From: Candidatus Spechtbacteria bacterium RIFCSPHIGHO2_02_FULL_43_15b
GTDB lineage: Bacteria; Patescibacteriota; Minisyncoccia; Spechtbacterales; HO2-43-30
Length of the DNA: 56,759 nt
Assembly (NCBI GenBank): GCA_001819985.1
Contig: MHOE01000006.1
Span: 25,934-82,692, forward strand
Direction: 5' to 3'
In this document: piece after piece, positions 17,769-27,182 of the stretch
Position numbering within the stretch: position 1 is the first letter of the stretch
Layout: every line of letters begins with the position of its first letter
The notes under the pieces: generated by a model
Databases searched by the model: none
What the model saw: the letters and a program-made list of their open reading frames with translations, nothing else
Told to the model about the DNA's origin: nothing
Made by a program: the position numbers and the translations under genes

Positions 17769-18662
17769 ATGGAACACTTTTTACAATCCCCAGAATGGGA
17801 GGAATTTCAAAAATCCATAGGCAGAAAGACATTAAGAGTTGAGGGACTGCTTGTTATAAAGTTGCCTTTAATTTTGGATAAAAGCTATCTTTACGCGGCG
17901 GGTACGCGCGTCGCGGACTCAAAGCCAATAACTAAAGGTTTAGTAAACGGACTAGCCGGCATATCTAAAAACGAGAACGCGATTTTTTTTAAATTTGAAC
18001 CAATGGTGAGTCAAGGCGAGTTAGCAAAGGAACTGACGAAAAGCGGATTAAAGAAATCCGATAAACATATCCAGCCGCAAAGAACAGTTATTCTCGATTT
18101 AATAAAGAGCGATGAAGAATTGCTAGGGGATATGCGCGAAAAAGCGAGGTATAATTTGCGGCTCGCAAGTCGCAAGGATTTGAAATTTGATATTCAAGTT
18201 TGGAGCGCAAATGAGCCGATATTCGAAGAATTTTGGAGGATTTTAGAGAAAACAGCCGAAAGGGACGCCTTTCATACTCATACAAAAGATTATTATCAAA
18301 AACTTCTCGAAATGCCGCTGACTAAACTTTTCAAAGTGCGGCACGACGGTAAATTAATATCGGCAAGTATAGTTTTGTTTTATGGCGATAGAGCTTATTA
18401 CCTTCATGGCGCTTCCGATTACGAATACAGAAATTTAATGGCTCCGTATTTGCTTCATTGGGAAACGATAAAGTACGCGAAATCTAAAGGTTTTAGAGAA
18501 TATGATTTTTGGGGAGTAGACGATGCGAAATGGCCTGGAGTGACGAGATTTAAGAGAGGTTTCGGCGGTAAGGAAATCGAGTACGCGGGATCATATGATT
18601 ATATTTTCCAGCCGTTATGGCATAAACTATACGATTTCAGAGATAAAATTCGCAAAAGATAG
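17769..18662 (+). CDS. FemAB-family peptidoglycan interpeptide-bridge aminoacyltransferase
   Basis: The FLQSPEWEEFQ N-terminus and the segment YYLHGASDYEYRNLMAPYLLHWETIKYAK..YDFWG are typical of FemA/FemB/FemX-like proteins. Confidence 0.65.
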   Translation: MEHFLQSPEWEEFQKSIGRKTLRVEGLLVIKLPLILDKSYLYAAGTRVADSKPITKGLVNGLAGISKNENAIFFKFEPMVSQGELAKELTKSGLKKSDKHIQPQRTVILDLIKSDEELLGDMREKARYNLRLASRKDLKFDIQVWSANEPIFEEFWRILEKTAERDAFHTHTKDYYQKLLEMPLTKLFKVRHDGKLISASIVLFYGDRAYYLHGASDYEYRNLMAPYLLHWETIKYAKSKGFREYDFWGVDDAKWPGVTRFKRGFGGKEIEYAGSYDYIFQPLWHKLYDFRDKIRKR

Positions 18663-18686
18663 GCGACTGGCTAAAACGCATTGTAA

Positions 18687-19940
18687 ATGGGAGCGAAGGG
18701 AATAATAAAAAAAGCAACACCCAATTTTTTACTTAATCTATATTACGAGATATGGCCATTTTTTGGAGCTTTAATATACAGATTCCCATCAAAAAGCATA
18801 AAAGTAATCGGCGTTACAGGCACTAACGGGAAAACTACAGTAACGCATCTTACTACTGAAATTTTCGAAGAAGCGGGTTACAAAGTCGGGTCTATTTCAT
18901 CTTTGAGGTTCAAGGTGGGGGATAAAGAACGGAAGAATGAGCTTAAAATGACAATGCCGGGAAGAATGACAATACAAAAAATTTTAAGAGAAGCGGTTGA
19001 TGTCGGATGCGAGTATTTTATACTCGAGGTTACATCGGAAGGAATTAGGCAAGCTAGGCATAAGTTTATAAATTTTGACATCGCGGTATTCACTAATTTA
19101 ACGCCGGAGCATATCGAGTCCCACGGATCATTTGAGAATTATAAGCGAGCTAAAGGCGAACTTTTTAAGATAGCAAAAAGAGCCGTGGTAAATTTAGATG
19201 ACGAAAATGCGGAGTATTTTTCCGAGCTTTGTAGAGGCGAAGTATATTTCTACAAAATGAAAAGCCAATCCTTACCTCAATATAAGATCAAGGAAATGAC
19301 AAAAGTCGTAAGCAGTGAAGACGCGAACCTAAGTTTGTCATTACTTGGAGAATTTAATTTGTATAACGCCCTAGCTTCGGTATGCGCGGGGTTATTGGAG
19401 GGAATAAGCATGACCATTATAAGACGGGCACTCGAAAAGTCGAAATGTGTACCCGGCCGCATGGAGATAGTTTTGAAAACTCCGTTTACTGTTGTAGTTG
19501 ATTACGCCCATACGCCGGATAGTTTAAGGAAGGTATATGAAACTATGCTGTCAAACTACGAGGTGCGAGAAACTGGCGGTAAGAAATTGATCTGCGTGCT
19601 CGGATCGGCCGGAGGCGGACGGGATAAGTGGAAGCGTCCGGAGATGGGAAAAATCGCGCAGGAATATTGCGACGAAATAATACTTACAGACGAAGATCCT
19701 TATAATGAAAATCCGGATTCTATACTTAATGAAATTGAGTCGGGATTTTCAAAAAATATAAAACATAAAAGAATACTAGATAGGCGGACTGCGATACGCG
19801 AAGCAATAAAATCCGCGAAAACAGGCGATACGGTTGTTATAACCGGCAAAGGCGCGGAACCATGGATGATGAAGAAAGAGGGTAGGGTTCGCTGGGATGA
19901 CAGGGATGTGGCAAGAGAAGAAATCAAAAAACTCGCGTAA
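18687..19940 (+). CDS. murE: Mur ligase, MurE-like, lacking the usual N-terminal domain
   Basis: It has the ATP-binding loop VIGVTGTNGKTT, FTNLTPEHIESHG and DYAHTPDSL (MurE-type). Only about 35 aa precede the P-loop. Confidence 0.65.
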   Translation: MGAKGIIKKATPNFLLNLYYEIWPFFGALIYRFPSKSIKVIGVTGTNGKTTVTHLTTEIFEEAGYKVGSISSLRFKVGDKERKNELKMTMPGRMTIQKILREAVDVGCEYFILEVTSEGIRQARHKFINFDIAVFTNLTPEHIESHGSFENYKRAKGELFKIAKRAVVNLDDENAEYFSELCRGEVYFYKMKSQSLPQYKIKEMTKVVSSEDANLSLSLLGEFNLYNALASVCAGLLEGISMTIIRRALEKSKCVPGRMEIVLKTPFTVVVDYAHTPDSLRKVYETMLSNYEVRETGGKKLICVLGSAGGGRDKWKRPEMGKIAQEYCDEIILTDEDPYNENPDSILNEIESGFSKNIKHKRILDRRTAIREAIKSAKTGDTVVITGKGAEPWMMKKEGRVRWDDRDVAREEIKKLA

Positions 19941-19952
19941 CGCGAGTTTTTT
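19926..19952. terminator. Bidirectional rho-independent terminator between murE-like and hsp20
   Basis: The structure is AAAAAACTCGCG-taa-CGCGAGTTTTTT. The murE stop codon forms the loop. A/T runs lie on both sides. Confidence 0.65.
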
Positions 19953-19967
19953 GATTTCTTGGAGTTA

Positions 19968-20768
19968 CTATAGTATTTTGATTTTTTTCTCTTTCTCTTT
20001 TATTATTTTTGGCAAAGTTATGGTTAGTATCCCATCGTTTAAGCTGGCTTCTGCTTTGTCGCTGTCAACTTCCACTGGGAGTATTATTGATCTAGAAAAT
20101 GTACCCCAGTAGCATTCCTGATAGAAATAATCTTGGGATTTTATCTTTTCTTGAGTATGACGCGATCCTCGTATATTCACGGTGTTATCTTCTATGCCTA
20201 TATCCAAATCAGTAGATTTAACCCCGGCTATAGTTGACTTTATAACAATATCTGTCGGAGTTTCATATACATCTATAGCTAGCTGTCCTTCGGGCATTCT
20301 GCTCGACATAAAATCCTGTTGTTTTTGAATCTTTTCTTTGGCAACATTAAGAGAAGGGAAGCGTTTTTTGGTTTTATGAGAGCTGACTCTTGCGGTGGTA
20401 GCCTTTGCTAATTGAGCTATTGTGTAGGTTCCTTCGCCTTGACCGGGTAATTCCGGGTCTTGCTCGTCACCTTCACTTTCGGGTGTTGCTGGGGGTAGTT
20501 CTTCTCCATCCTCGCCTACTTCATCTTCCTCCCCTTCTTCATCAACGCTATCGTCCTCGGAAGAGGTAAGGGACGCATTTTCATCCGAATCATCTTGGAT
20601 TGCCGCGTCGTCATCTGCCTGTCCGTCGCTAGTCATACCACCTTGTTCTTCAGTTTCGGTTTGCGTATCATCGAGTCGCTCTTCTTCAGTAATATCTTCC
20701 TTCGCCGTGTTATCGTCATCGTCTTGTACATTGAGAGACCCCGTAAGTTTTTGAAAAAAATTTGGCAT
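19968..20768 (-). CDS. Hsp20/alpha-crystallin small heat-shock protein with a long acidic N-terminal extension
   Basis: The C-terminal alpha-crystallin domain reads LAIDVYETPTDIVIKSTIAGV...NGILTITLPKI. The N-terminal ~120 aa are rich in D, E, S and T. Confidence 0.85.
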   Translation of the reverse strand: MPNFFQKLTGSLNVQDDDDNTAKEDITEEERLDDTQTETEEQGGMTSDGQADDDAAIQDDSDENASLTSSEDDSVDEEGEEDEVGEDGEELPPATPESEGDEQDPELPGQGEGTYTIAQLAKATTARVSSHKTKKRFPSLNVAKEKIQKQQDFMSSRMPEGQLAIDVYETPTDIVIKSTIAGVKSTDLDIGIEDNTVNIRGSRHTQEKIKSQDYFYQECYWGTFSRSIILPVEVDSDKAEASLNDGILTITLPKIIKEKEKKIKIL

Positions 20769-20846
20769 ATAAACTGTATAAAAGTCCCGATACCATGCAA
20801 ATCCTGTAGAATCTTAACGGATTTGTATTTTATCAGAGGACTATTG

Positions 20847-21560
20847 TTATATTTGCGTTATGGATTTCATACTCGAAACCTTTTGAAAATATTTTGAGAT
20901 CATGTAAGCGGAGAAGCCTATGATTATAACTACCGCTACAAATAGATAGGGCTGGCTTACCGCCTTGGTTACAAATATATTATAAAATCCATGCATCAAT
21001 ATAGCAATCAAAAAACCGTGGATAAGTAAGCGAGTTTTTTTATGAGGTTTGTACAGCGAGAGGGCTATGTAATACCCGATGGTTGCAGACGCAAGAACAT
21101 GAAGAAAAGTGGCTCCTATAAATCTCGAGAAGGCAAGGTTAAGAGTAGGGACGAATTGGCTGTCAAAAAGCGGTGTTAACAGAAAGATATTTTCGATGGC
21201 TGCGAATCCAAGGGCGGAAATTATCATATATTCCATAGCATCAACCGGCTCGTCTAATTGAATGGTCCTGTCGATAACCCTGAATTTAACGACAAGATAT
21301 TTTGCTATTTCCTCCGCGACGGAAACTACAAAAAGGTATTTTACGATGTCGGCTATTATAGAAGGAACGGAAACTATCGGAAGCAGTATTTCTATGGCAA
21401 TACTTTCAACAATAAGCGCCGGAAAGGCTACGAGCATACCCCAGATGAACACCATTAAGACCATAAGCCTTGGTTCGGGATGCTTGTCTTTTCTAAGAAA
21501 GTATAGAAGCCATATTAAACTTGGAATTAGAGCTATTGCTGTGTAGAATATGTATTGCAT
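20847..21560 (-). CDS. PrsW-family intramembrane metalloprotease
   Basis: It is a polytopic membrane protein carrying the EEIAKY (EExxK), FLHVLAS and HGFYN motifs. Confidence 0.65.
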   Translation of the reverse strand: MQYIFYTAIALIPSLIWLLYFLRKDKHPEPRLMVLMVFIWGMLVAFPALIVESIAIEILLPIVSVPSIIADIVKYLFVVSVAEEIAKYLVVKFRVIDRTIQLDEPVDAMEYMIISALGFAAIENIFLLTPLFDSQFVPTLNLAFSRFIGATFLHVLASATIGYYIALSLYKPHKKTRLLIHGFLIAILMHGFYNIFVTKAVSQPYLFVAVVIIIGFSAYMISKYFQKVSSMKSITQI

Positions 21561-21650
21561 ATTTCAAGTTGTAGTTTGGCTATTGGAGCGCGGCTGAACA
21601 AACGCACGGAATAATTAGAGTTCAGGTTTAACAAAATTTAGCGTTATAAG

Positions 21651-23918
21651 TTACTTGGATTTTACCGGCCAGCTCTCCACTATTAAGAGTTTTTTATCCT
21701 TAATAGGCAAGGTACTGTAAATTTCTTCGGTTATAAACGGCGTAAACGGATGCAAGAGTTTTAATGTTTGAGTCAGAATGTAAAGAAGAATCGTCTTTGT
21801 AATCTCTGCCTGTTTTTTCGTTTCGGCTCGGGCAATTTGTTTTTTGCTTTCTTCTAAATACACATCCGCGAAATCATGCCAAACAAAATCATAAAGCGCG
21901 TGGGCGGCGTGTCCGAATTGGTATTGTTCCAAGTACTTATCCGCGAGTTTAGACATTTTATTGAATTGGGATAGGATTTTTTTGTCGCTTTGGGATTTTG
22001 GTTTTGGAATTCGATTAGTCATCGGGGATTCGTCTTTGGTCGTTTGGAGCAATACAAAGCGGCTTATGTTCCATAGTTTGTTGCAAAATTTTTTCCCCGC
22101 CATTATGTGTTCTTCAGCAAAACGGATATCCTGCCCGCCCATTGCCTGATACGCTATGCCAAAACGAGTTGCGTCGGCTCCGTATTTATCTATCAATTGC
22201 AGTGGGTCTATGCCGGTACCTAAAGATTTACTCATCCGTCTGCCGTCTTTTGTTAGAACTGTCGCGTGTATTATAACATTGTCGAACGGTTTTTGGCCTG
22301 TAAATTCATAGGAAGAAAAAATCATCCTCGCAACCCATAAGTTTATTATACCGCGGTCAGTAGACAGAACCTGAGTCGGGTAAAATGTTTTCAAATCTTT
22401 GGATTTTTTATCAGGCCAACCTAATGTGGCGAACGGCCAAAGCGCGCTCGAGAACCAAGTGTCAAGAACATCTTCGCTTTGTTTGAGATTTGTTCCTTTG
22501 CACGACGGGCAATTTCTGGGCTTTTCGCCGGAAACGATAATTTGGCCGCATCCGACTTTTATGTCTTCATCAAGATCCATTCTTTCCTGAAAACCGTCTG
22601 ATTTACCGCAGAACCATACCGGAAGCCGGTGGCCCCACCAAATCTGCCTCGATACGCACCAGTCCCTCACATTTTTAAGCCAGTCAATATAAATTTCATC
22701 CCACCTTTTTGGCACAAATTTTACTTCGCGTTTTTTAACGGCGCGCATCGCTGTTTTTGCGAGTTGGTCCATTTTTAAGAACCATTGCAAATTCGCAAGC
22801 GGTTCAATTATCGAGTCGCACCTGTAGCAGTGAGGGACTTGATGCGCGAAATCTTCAGTTTTTTCAAGAAGGTTTTGTTTTGCTAGTTCTTCAAGCACTT
22901 TTTCTCTGCACTCGTTTATTTTCAGTCCCTCGCATACTGCTCCCGCTCCTTTTGTCATTCTTCCCCGCTCGTTAATTATTTTGTATTGTGGCAAATTGTG
23001 TCTTTGCGCTATTTCCCAGTCATTAAAATCGTGAAGGGGCGTAACTTTCACCGCTCCGGTTCCAAAGCTTGGATCAACGGCATAGTCGGCAATTATAGGT
23101 ATGTTTCGATTTTGAATCGGCAGCACAACATTTTTTCCGATTAAGTCCTTGTATCTTTCGTCTTTTGGATTAACAGCAACCGCCGCGTCCCCAAGCATGG
23201 TTTCGGGTCTTGTAGTCGCGACAATAATGTAGCGAACTTCGGAAATTTTTGAATTTTGAATTTCAGTTTTTTTCGGCAAGTGTTGATTCTCAAGTTTGTA
23301 ACGAATATGCCACAACTTTCCATTTTCTCCCTTGTATTCGAGCTCCAAATCAGATAAAGATGTTCCGCAACGGATACACCAGTTCACAACCCTCAAGGCC
23401 CTGTAAAGCCAGCCCTTGTTGTAATATTTTACAAACGCTTCAGAAACGGAGTTTGCATATCCGTCGTCCATAGTGAAACGAGCGCGCGACCAGTCACACG
23501 ACGCGCCTATTTGTTTGAGCTGATGGAGTATTATATTTCCATACTGCTCTTTCCATTTCCATACTTCTTCGATGAATTTATCCCGTCCCAGATCAAATCT
23601 GGATAGGTTCTCTTTTTTCAGTTTTTGCTCAACTTTATTTTGCGTGGCAATCCCCGCGTGGTCTGTGCCTGGGATCCAAAGCGTTTTATAACCCTGCATT
23701 CTTTTTCTGCGGATTATGGCATCTTGGATTACCGCATTCAGCGCGTGTCCCATATGAAGTTCTCCCGTGACATTCGGAGGTGGAATGGTTATGGTAAATG
23801 TTTTCTTGTGCGTCTTAGGGAGTTTATCGGGATTAAAAAAACCGCTCTTTTCCCAGAGTTCGTAAATTTTCGATTCTGTTGTTTTGGGGTCGTAGGCCGA
23901 GGGCAGTTCTTTTTGCAT
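21651..23918 (-). CDS. valS: Valyl-tRNA synthetase (short form without C-terminal coiled coil)
   Basis: It has the HIGH region PPPNVTGELHMGHAL, the editing-domain motif ATTRPETMLGD and KMSKSLGT. Confidence 0.95.
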   Translation of the reverse strand: MQKELPSAYDPKTTESKIYELWEKSGFFNPDKLPKTHKKTFTITIPPPNVTGELHMGHALNAVIQDAIIRRKRMQGYKTLWIPGTDHAGIATQNKVEQKLKKENLSRFDLGRDKFIEEVWKWKEQYGNIILHQLKQIGASCDWSRARFTMDDGYANSVSEAFVKYYNKGWLYRALRVVNWCIRCGTSLSDLELEYKGENGKLWHIRYKLENQHLPKKTEIQNSKISEVRYIIVATTRPETMLGDAAVAVNPKDERYKDLIGKNVVLPIQNRNIPIIADYAVDPSFGTGAVKVTPLHDFNDWEIAQRHNLPQYKIINERGRMTKGAGAVCEGLKINECREKVLEELAKQNLLEKTEDFAHQVPHCYRCDSIIEPLANLQWFLKMDQLAKTAMRAVKKREVKFVPKRWDEIYIDWLKNVRDWCVSRQIWWGHRLPVWFCGKSDGFQERMDLDEDIKVGCGQIIVSGEKPRNCPSCKGTNLKQSEDVLDTWFSSALWPFATLGWPDKKSKDLKTFYPTQVLSTDRGIINLWVARMIFSSYEFTGQKPFDNVIIHATVLTKDGRRMSKSLGTGIDPLQLIDKYGADATRFGIAYQAMGGQDIRFAEEHIMAGKKFCNKLWNISRFVLLQTTKDESPMTNRIPKPKSQSDKKILSQFNKMSKLADKYLEQYQFGHAAHALYDFVWHDFADVYLEESKKQIARAETKKQAEITKTILLYILTQTLKLLHPFTPFITEEIYSTLPIKDKKLLIVESWPVKSK

Positions 23919-23945
23919 AGTTTGTGCGTTTATTATTGCAGGTTT

Positions 23946-25175
23946 TTAGCTAATTTTCAAATTGCCATCCGCTGTCAGCGTTTTCCATTTATCGATACGA
24001 GCTCGGTTTTTTCTAAAGTACGCGGCCGCGGCTATCATAGCCGCGTTGTCGGTTGCAAGCTCGGCAGTGAGTAGTTGGTAATTGACAGCATAAAGTTCGG
24101 ATTTTATTTTACTTCCCAATTGATCTCGCAGTTTTTTATTTGCGGCGACGCCTCCGGCAAGCATGACTGTTTTTACTCTATAATCCCTAGCCGCCCTGAT
24201 TGTTTTTGAAATTAAAACATCAACCGCCGCTTGCTGAAATGAAGCGGCTATGTCGGCTTTTGTTTGTTTGCTTAGTTTTGCGAAATCGTTTTTCTCGAGA
24301 GTTTGGTCTAGTTTTTTTCCTACGAGTTTTTTAATTCCGTATAAAACCGAAGTTTTAAGTCCGGAGAAGCTGAAGTTGTAGTTTTTAGAATTTATCATCG
24401 GCCTCGCGAAGTTAAAAGCTCTCGCATCGCCAGTTGCCGCAAGGCGGGCAATTTGAGGTCCGCCCGGGAATGAAAGCCCAAGCAAACGCGCCACCTTGTC
24501 GAATCCTTCGCCTGCGGCATCATCAACTGTTTCCCCGATAAGTTCGTATTTGTTTATATTTTTTACAATCAATAATTGAGTATGCCCTCCCGATACGGCA
24601 AGGCAAAGCGCGGGAAAGTTGATTATAGGAAGTTGGTCGTTGGTCATTTTGCCGATTTTTGGAAGGAAATTAGCGGATATGTGTCCTTCCATGTGGTCAA
24701 CTCCCAGCAGAGGGATACTCCACCAAAAAGAAAGCGCTCTTGCGAAATTAACTCCGGCCCAAAGCGCGGGTTCAAGCCCGGGTCCGTATGTAACTGCGAT
24801 AATGTCAATTCCAGGTTTTTCTATTTTCGTTATGTAAGGTAAAAATTTTTCCATCAGCACCGGCTCTTTATCGAAAATTGATTCCAGGATTTTGAATTTG
24901 GATTTGTCATTTTGATTTTTGATTCTTGATTTTTTATTTTTTAACACACCCGCTTCGCCTAAACTTTTTTTCAGCACGGTTACCAGATTATTTTCATGGG
25001 CTCTTTTTGCCAATGTTGGCACTACGCCTCCGTAATGTTTATGTATTTTTATTTGTGACGATGTTATGTTTGAGAGTATTCGAAAAGAAGGGACTTTAGA
25101 CCCTTTTATAGGAGTAGCTTCTACTATGGATACGCAGGTATCGTCACAACTCGTTTCAACGGCAAGAATTTTCAT
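23946..25175 (-). CDS. tsaD: tRNA N6-adenosine threonylcarbamoyltransferase TsaD
   Basis: It has MKILAVETSCDDT, GVDHMEGHI, SGGHTQL and GGVAANKKLR. I place the start at the internal Met (MKILAVE), 25 codons into the 434-aa ORF, where family conservation begins. Confidence 0.88.
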   Translation of the reverse strand: MKILAVETSCDDTCVSIVEATPIKGSKVPSFRILSNITSSQIKIHKHYGGVVPTLAKRAHENNLVTVLKKSLGEAGVLKNKKSRIKNQNDKSKFKILESIFDKEPVLMEKFLPYITKIEKPGIDIIAVTYGPGLEPALWAGVNFARALSFWWSIPLLGVDHMEGHISANFLPKIGKMTNDQLPIINFPALCLAVSGGHTQLLIVKNINKYELIGETVDDAAGEGFDKVARLLGLSFPGGPQIARLAATGDARAFNFARPMINSKNYNFSFSGLKTSVLYGIKKLVGKKLDQTLEKNDFAKLSKQTKADIAASFQQAAVDVLISKTIRAARDYRVKTVMLAGGVAANKKLRDQLGSKIKSELYAVNYQLLTAELATDNAAMIAAAAYFRKNRARIDKWKTLTADGNLKIS

Positions 25176-25403
25176 GCGGTTATTATACAAAAAATTGGCA
25201 AAAATAATACCCCCCGTCAAATCAGCCGAACTTAGTTGTAATTCATTCAATAGTAGTGATTATTGCGTTTTTGCCGAAAAAATGTCAAAATACCAGCAGA
25301 TTTTAGCAAAAATTGAGAGTTAAGTTTAGTATAAGCCGCACGAAATCCATAAATTGACAGTTATAGATCAGCGGCGGAAATTAAATTTTTTAAGTAGTCC
25401 TAT

Positions 25404-25475
25404 GGCCCCGTCGTCTAACGGTTAGGACGCTACCCTTTCACGGTGGAAAAAGGGGTTCGATTCCCCTCGGGGCTA
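25404..25475 (+). tRNA. tRNA-Glu (anticodon UUC)
   Basis: I folded the 72-nt cloverleaf by hand. Acceptor GGCCCCG/CGGGGCT (G1-U71 wobble); D arm GTCT/GGAC; anticodon stem CTACC/GGTGG with loop CTTTCAC; T arm AGGGG-TTCGATT-CCCCT; discriminator A. CCA is not encoded. Confidence 0.9.
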
Positions 25476-25660
25476 CACGAATTTTTGTTCTCGCGAGAAT
25501 TTGAGAATTGAGTACTTAGTATTGGTAATTAAGATAAGAAAAACTATACAAGCGTTCCTCGAATAGAAAACGGATTGGTAGCTCGTTTTTCCTTGCGTTA
25601 TCTCAATAAGTGTGTTATGGCTTAAGAAAGAGAATGGCGGAGTTGTAAAGGAGTGAATTT

Positions 25661-26092
25661 ATGGATAGCGGTTATGTGTTTATTATTGAAACGGACAAAT
25701 TTGCTGGGAATTTTAATAGGAAGATGTGCGCTTATGCTACCGGCGTACTAGGAGCTTCTCGCGGTGGCGAAGCTGAAGCACGGGAATTTTATAATCATAG
25801 AGGTCTTGCGTGGCCGCCGGAATATGGCTATCCAGACCCAAATCCCTTTTGTGATATTATCGCAGAAATCCCCGATAGTGAATGTTGCCACGAACCTTCC
25901 GCGATATGGAGTCCGGGTAACACAAATGTAGGCATCTTTTTTTCGGAGAGGCCCTCGAATGAGCTGATGACATTAATGCAAGAGAGAATTTTTGTTTTTG
26001 CGCAGAGACATAATATCCAAATCAAACATTTTCGGTTGTTAAAGAAAGAAACCGCGTACACCGAGCAACACATATTTATGTCAGAATCGTAA
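25661..26092 (+). CDS. Hypothetical protein (143 aa)
   Basis: SD AAGGAG lies 7 nt upstream of the ATG, and a terminator follows. I recognised no family. Confidence 0.5.
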   Translation: MDSGYVFIIETDKFAGNFNRKMCAYATGVLGASRGGEAEAREFYNHRGLAWPPEYGYPDPNPFCDIIAEIPDSECCHEPSAIWSPGNTNVGIFFSERPSNELMTLMQERIFVFAQRHNIQIKHFRLLKKETAYTEQHIFMSES

Positions 26093-26096
26093 TATA

Positions 26097-26120
26097 GGCG
26101 AGTAACCCTCGCCTTTTTTT
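26097..26120 (+). terminator. Rho-independent terminator
   Basis: The hairpin GGCGAG-taacc-CTCGCC is followed by TTTTTTT. Confidence 0.6.
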
Positions 26121-26139
26121 ATGCTTTAAGGATTTTGCG

Positions 26140-26166
26140 AAAAAAAGAAGGCCGTTTAAGGCCTTC
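26140..26166 (-). terminator. Rho-independent terminator of the minus-strand M50 gene
   Basis: The hairpin GAAGGCC-gtttaa-GGCCTTC has a U-tract on the minus strand (forward aaaaaaa, 26140-26146). Confidence 0.6.
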
Positions 26167-26179
26167 GCTAACTGGATCT

Positions 26180-27046
26180 CTAGCTAAATATCTGAACTGG
26201 GTTTCCAGCGCCAGGTACTCCAGAACCAGCAGTCATTATTAGGTATAAGAAAATTGCCACAATACTGTACACGCCAAGCGACCCAAAGATGCCGTGTTTC
26301 CCCATGGGGGTTTGAGTTGTCGTAGTACTAGAAATAATATCATACTTGCCAAGATTCCCTGGTCTATTATTTACATTTCTTTTGCGTCTATGCGCTTCAA
26401 GTTCGAACACAAATTCAAGCATTCCGAATACGAGAAGGATCGAAAACAGCAACAGATGCAAATGTAACATAAGGTATGCCGCGACAACTAAACTTAGGCC
26501 GAGGAAAACAATTCCAATCCTTGAATCTATCGAGAAAACCACCGATTTTAAGATCCTGCCCCCGTCTAACGGGCTGATAGGCAAAAGATTAAAAAGGTTT
26601 ACCGTGGCCATCCATGCGGCCGCCGCTACAAAATGAGGCCAGCCAAGCGCATACCATAAAAGCAAAGCTATTGCGGAAAGCGCAAGGCCCCATATTGGAC
26701 CCATGATAGCAACAAACACTTCCACTTGTCTACTTGGGAACATACCATCTGGTACCGCCGCTGCACCAAGAAATGGGATAAAGTAAATACCTTTTGTTTT
26801 CATGCCGCTTCTTTTCATAGCCCACACATGGCCGCTTTCGTGGACAACGAGTAGTAACATAATAAGAAGCGCAAACTGCCAGCTAAACATAAGAGACCAT
26901 GCGCCCATTGCTATACCCGCAGAACCTACCTGAAAAACTTTTCCGCCCTTTAGCAATTTTGGAGTTGCCTTCACAAGAAGGTATATAAATTTCGGAAGGA
27001 GCTTACCTAGTAATACAAGTAGTCCATACGATATTTTATTTGGCAT
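26180..27046 (-). CDS. M50-family (site-2-protease-like) membrane metalloprotease, no PDZ domain
   Basis: It is polytopic, with HESGH (HExxH) in a TM segment and NLFNLLPISPLDGGRIL (NxxPxxxLDG). Confidence 0.75.
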   Translation of the reverse strand: MPNKISYGLLVLLGKLLPKFIYLLVKATPKLLKGGKVFQVGSAGIAMGAWSLMFSWQFALLIMLLLVVHESGHVWAMKRSGMKTKGIYFIPFLGAAAVPDGMFPSRQVEVFVAIMGPIWGLALSAIALLLWYALGWPHFVAAAAWMATVNLFNLLPISPLDGGRILKSVVFSIDSRIGIVFLGLSLVVAAYLMLHLHLLLFSILLVFGMLEFVFELEAHRRKRNVNNRPGNLGKYDIISSTTTTQTPMGKHGIFGSLGVYSIVAIFLYLIMTAGSGVPGAGNPVQIFS

Positions 27047-27182
27047 TACTTCCTCACTCGCGTGTCAGATTTTTCGAATATAACATAAATTTTCGAGTAT
27101 GAAAAGTGCATCGTATTTCTGTAAGTCGAAATAGTGAATATCGGGGCGAAGCGAATTTTTAAGTTTACACACAAAAAATAGC

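Noticed and set aside
20769-20846. Inverted repeat CAAATCC-N14-GGATTTG upstream of hsp20 as a heat-shock operator (CIRCE/HAIR-like).
   Set aside because: It does not match the CIRCE or HAIR consensus as I remember them. It could equally be the prsW terminator stem, although no U-tract follows. It is left unassigned.
25176-25250. N-terminal extensions offered by the ORF track for tsaD (25176-25250), the IDO-like gene (53007-53030), ald (54501-54539), the aquaporin (41193-41267) and argG (31310-31315).
   Set aside because: In each case an internal Met coincides with the start of family conservation and has a better-placed SD. The extensions are probably not translated, though this is not proven.
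25488-25499. 12-bp perfect palindrome TTCTCGCGAGAA 13 nt after tRNA-Glu.
   Set aside because: It could be a weak terminator or processing hairpin for the tRNA, or a protein site. It is short, has effectively a 4-bp stem as RNA, and nothing else supports a function.
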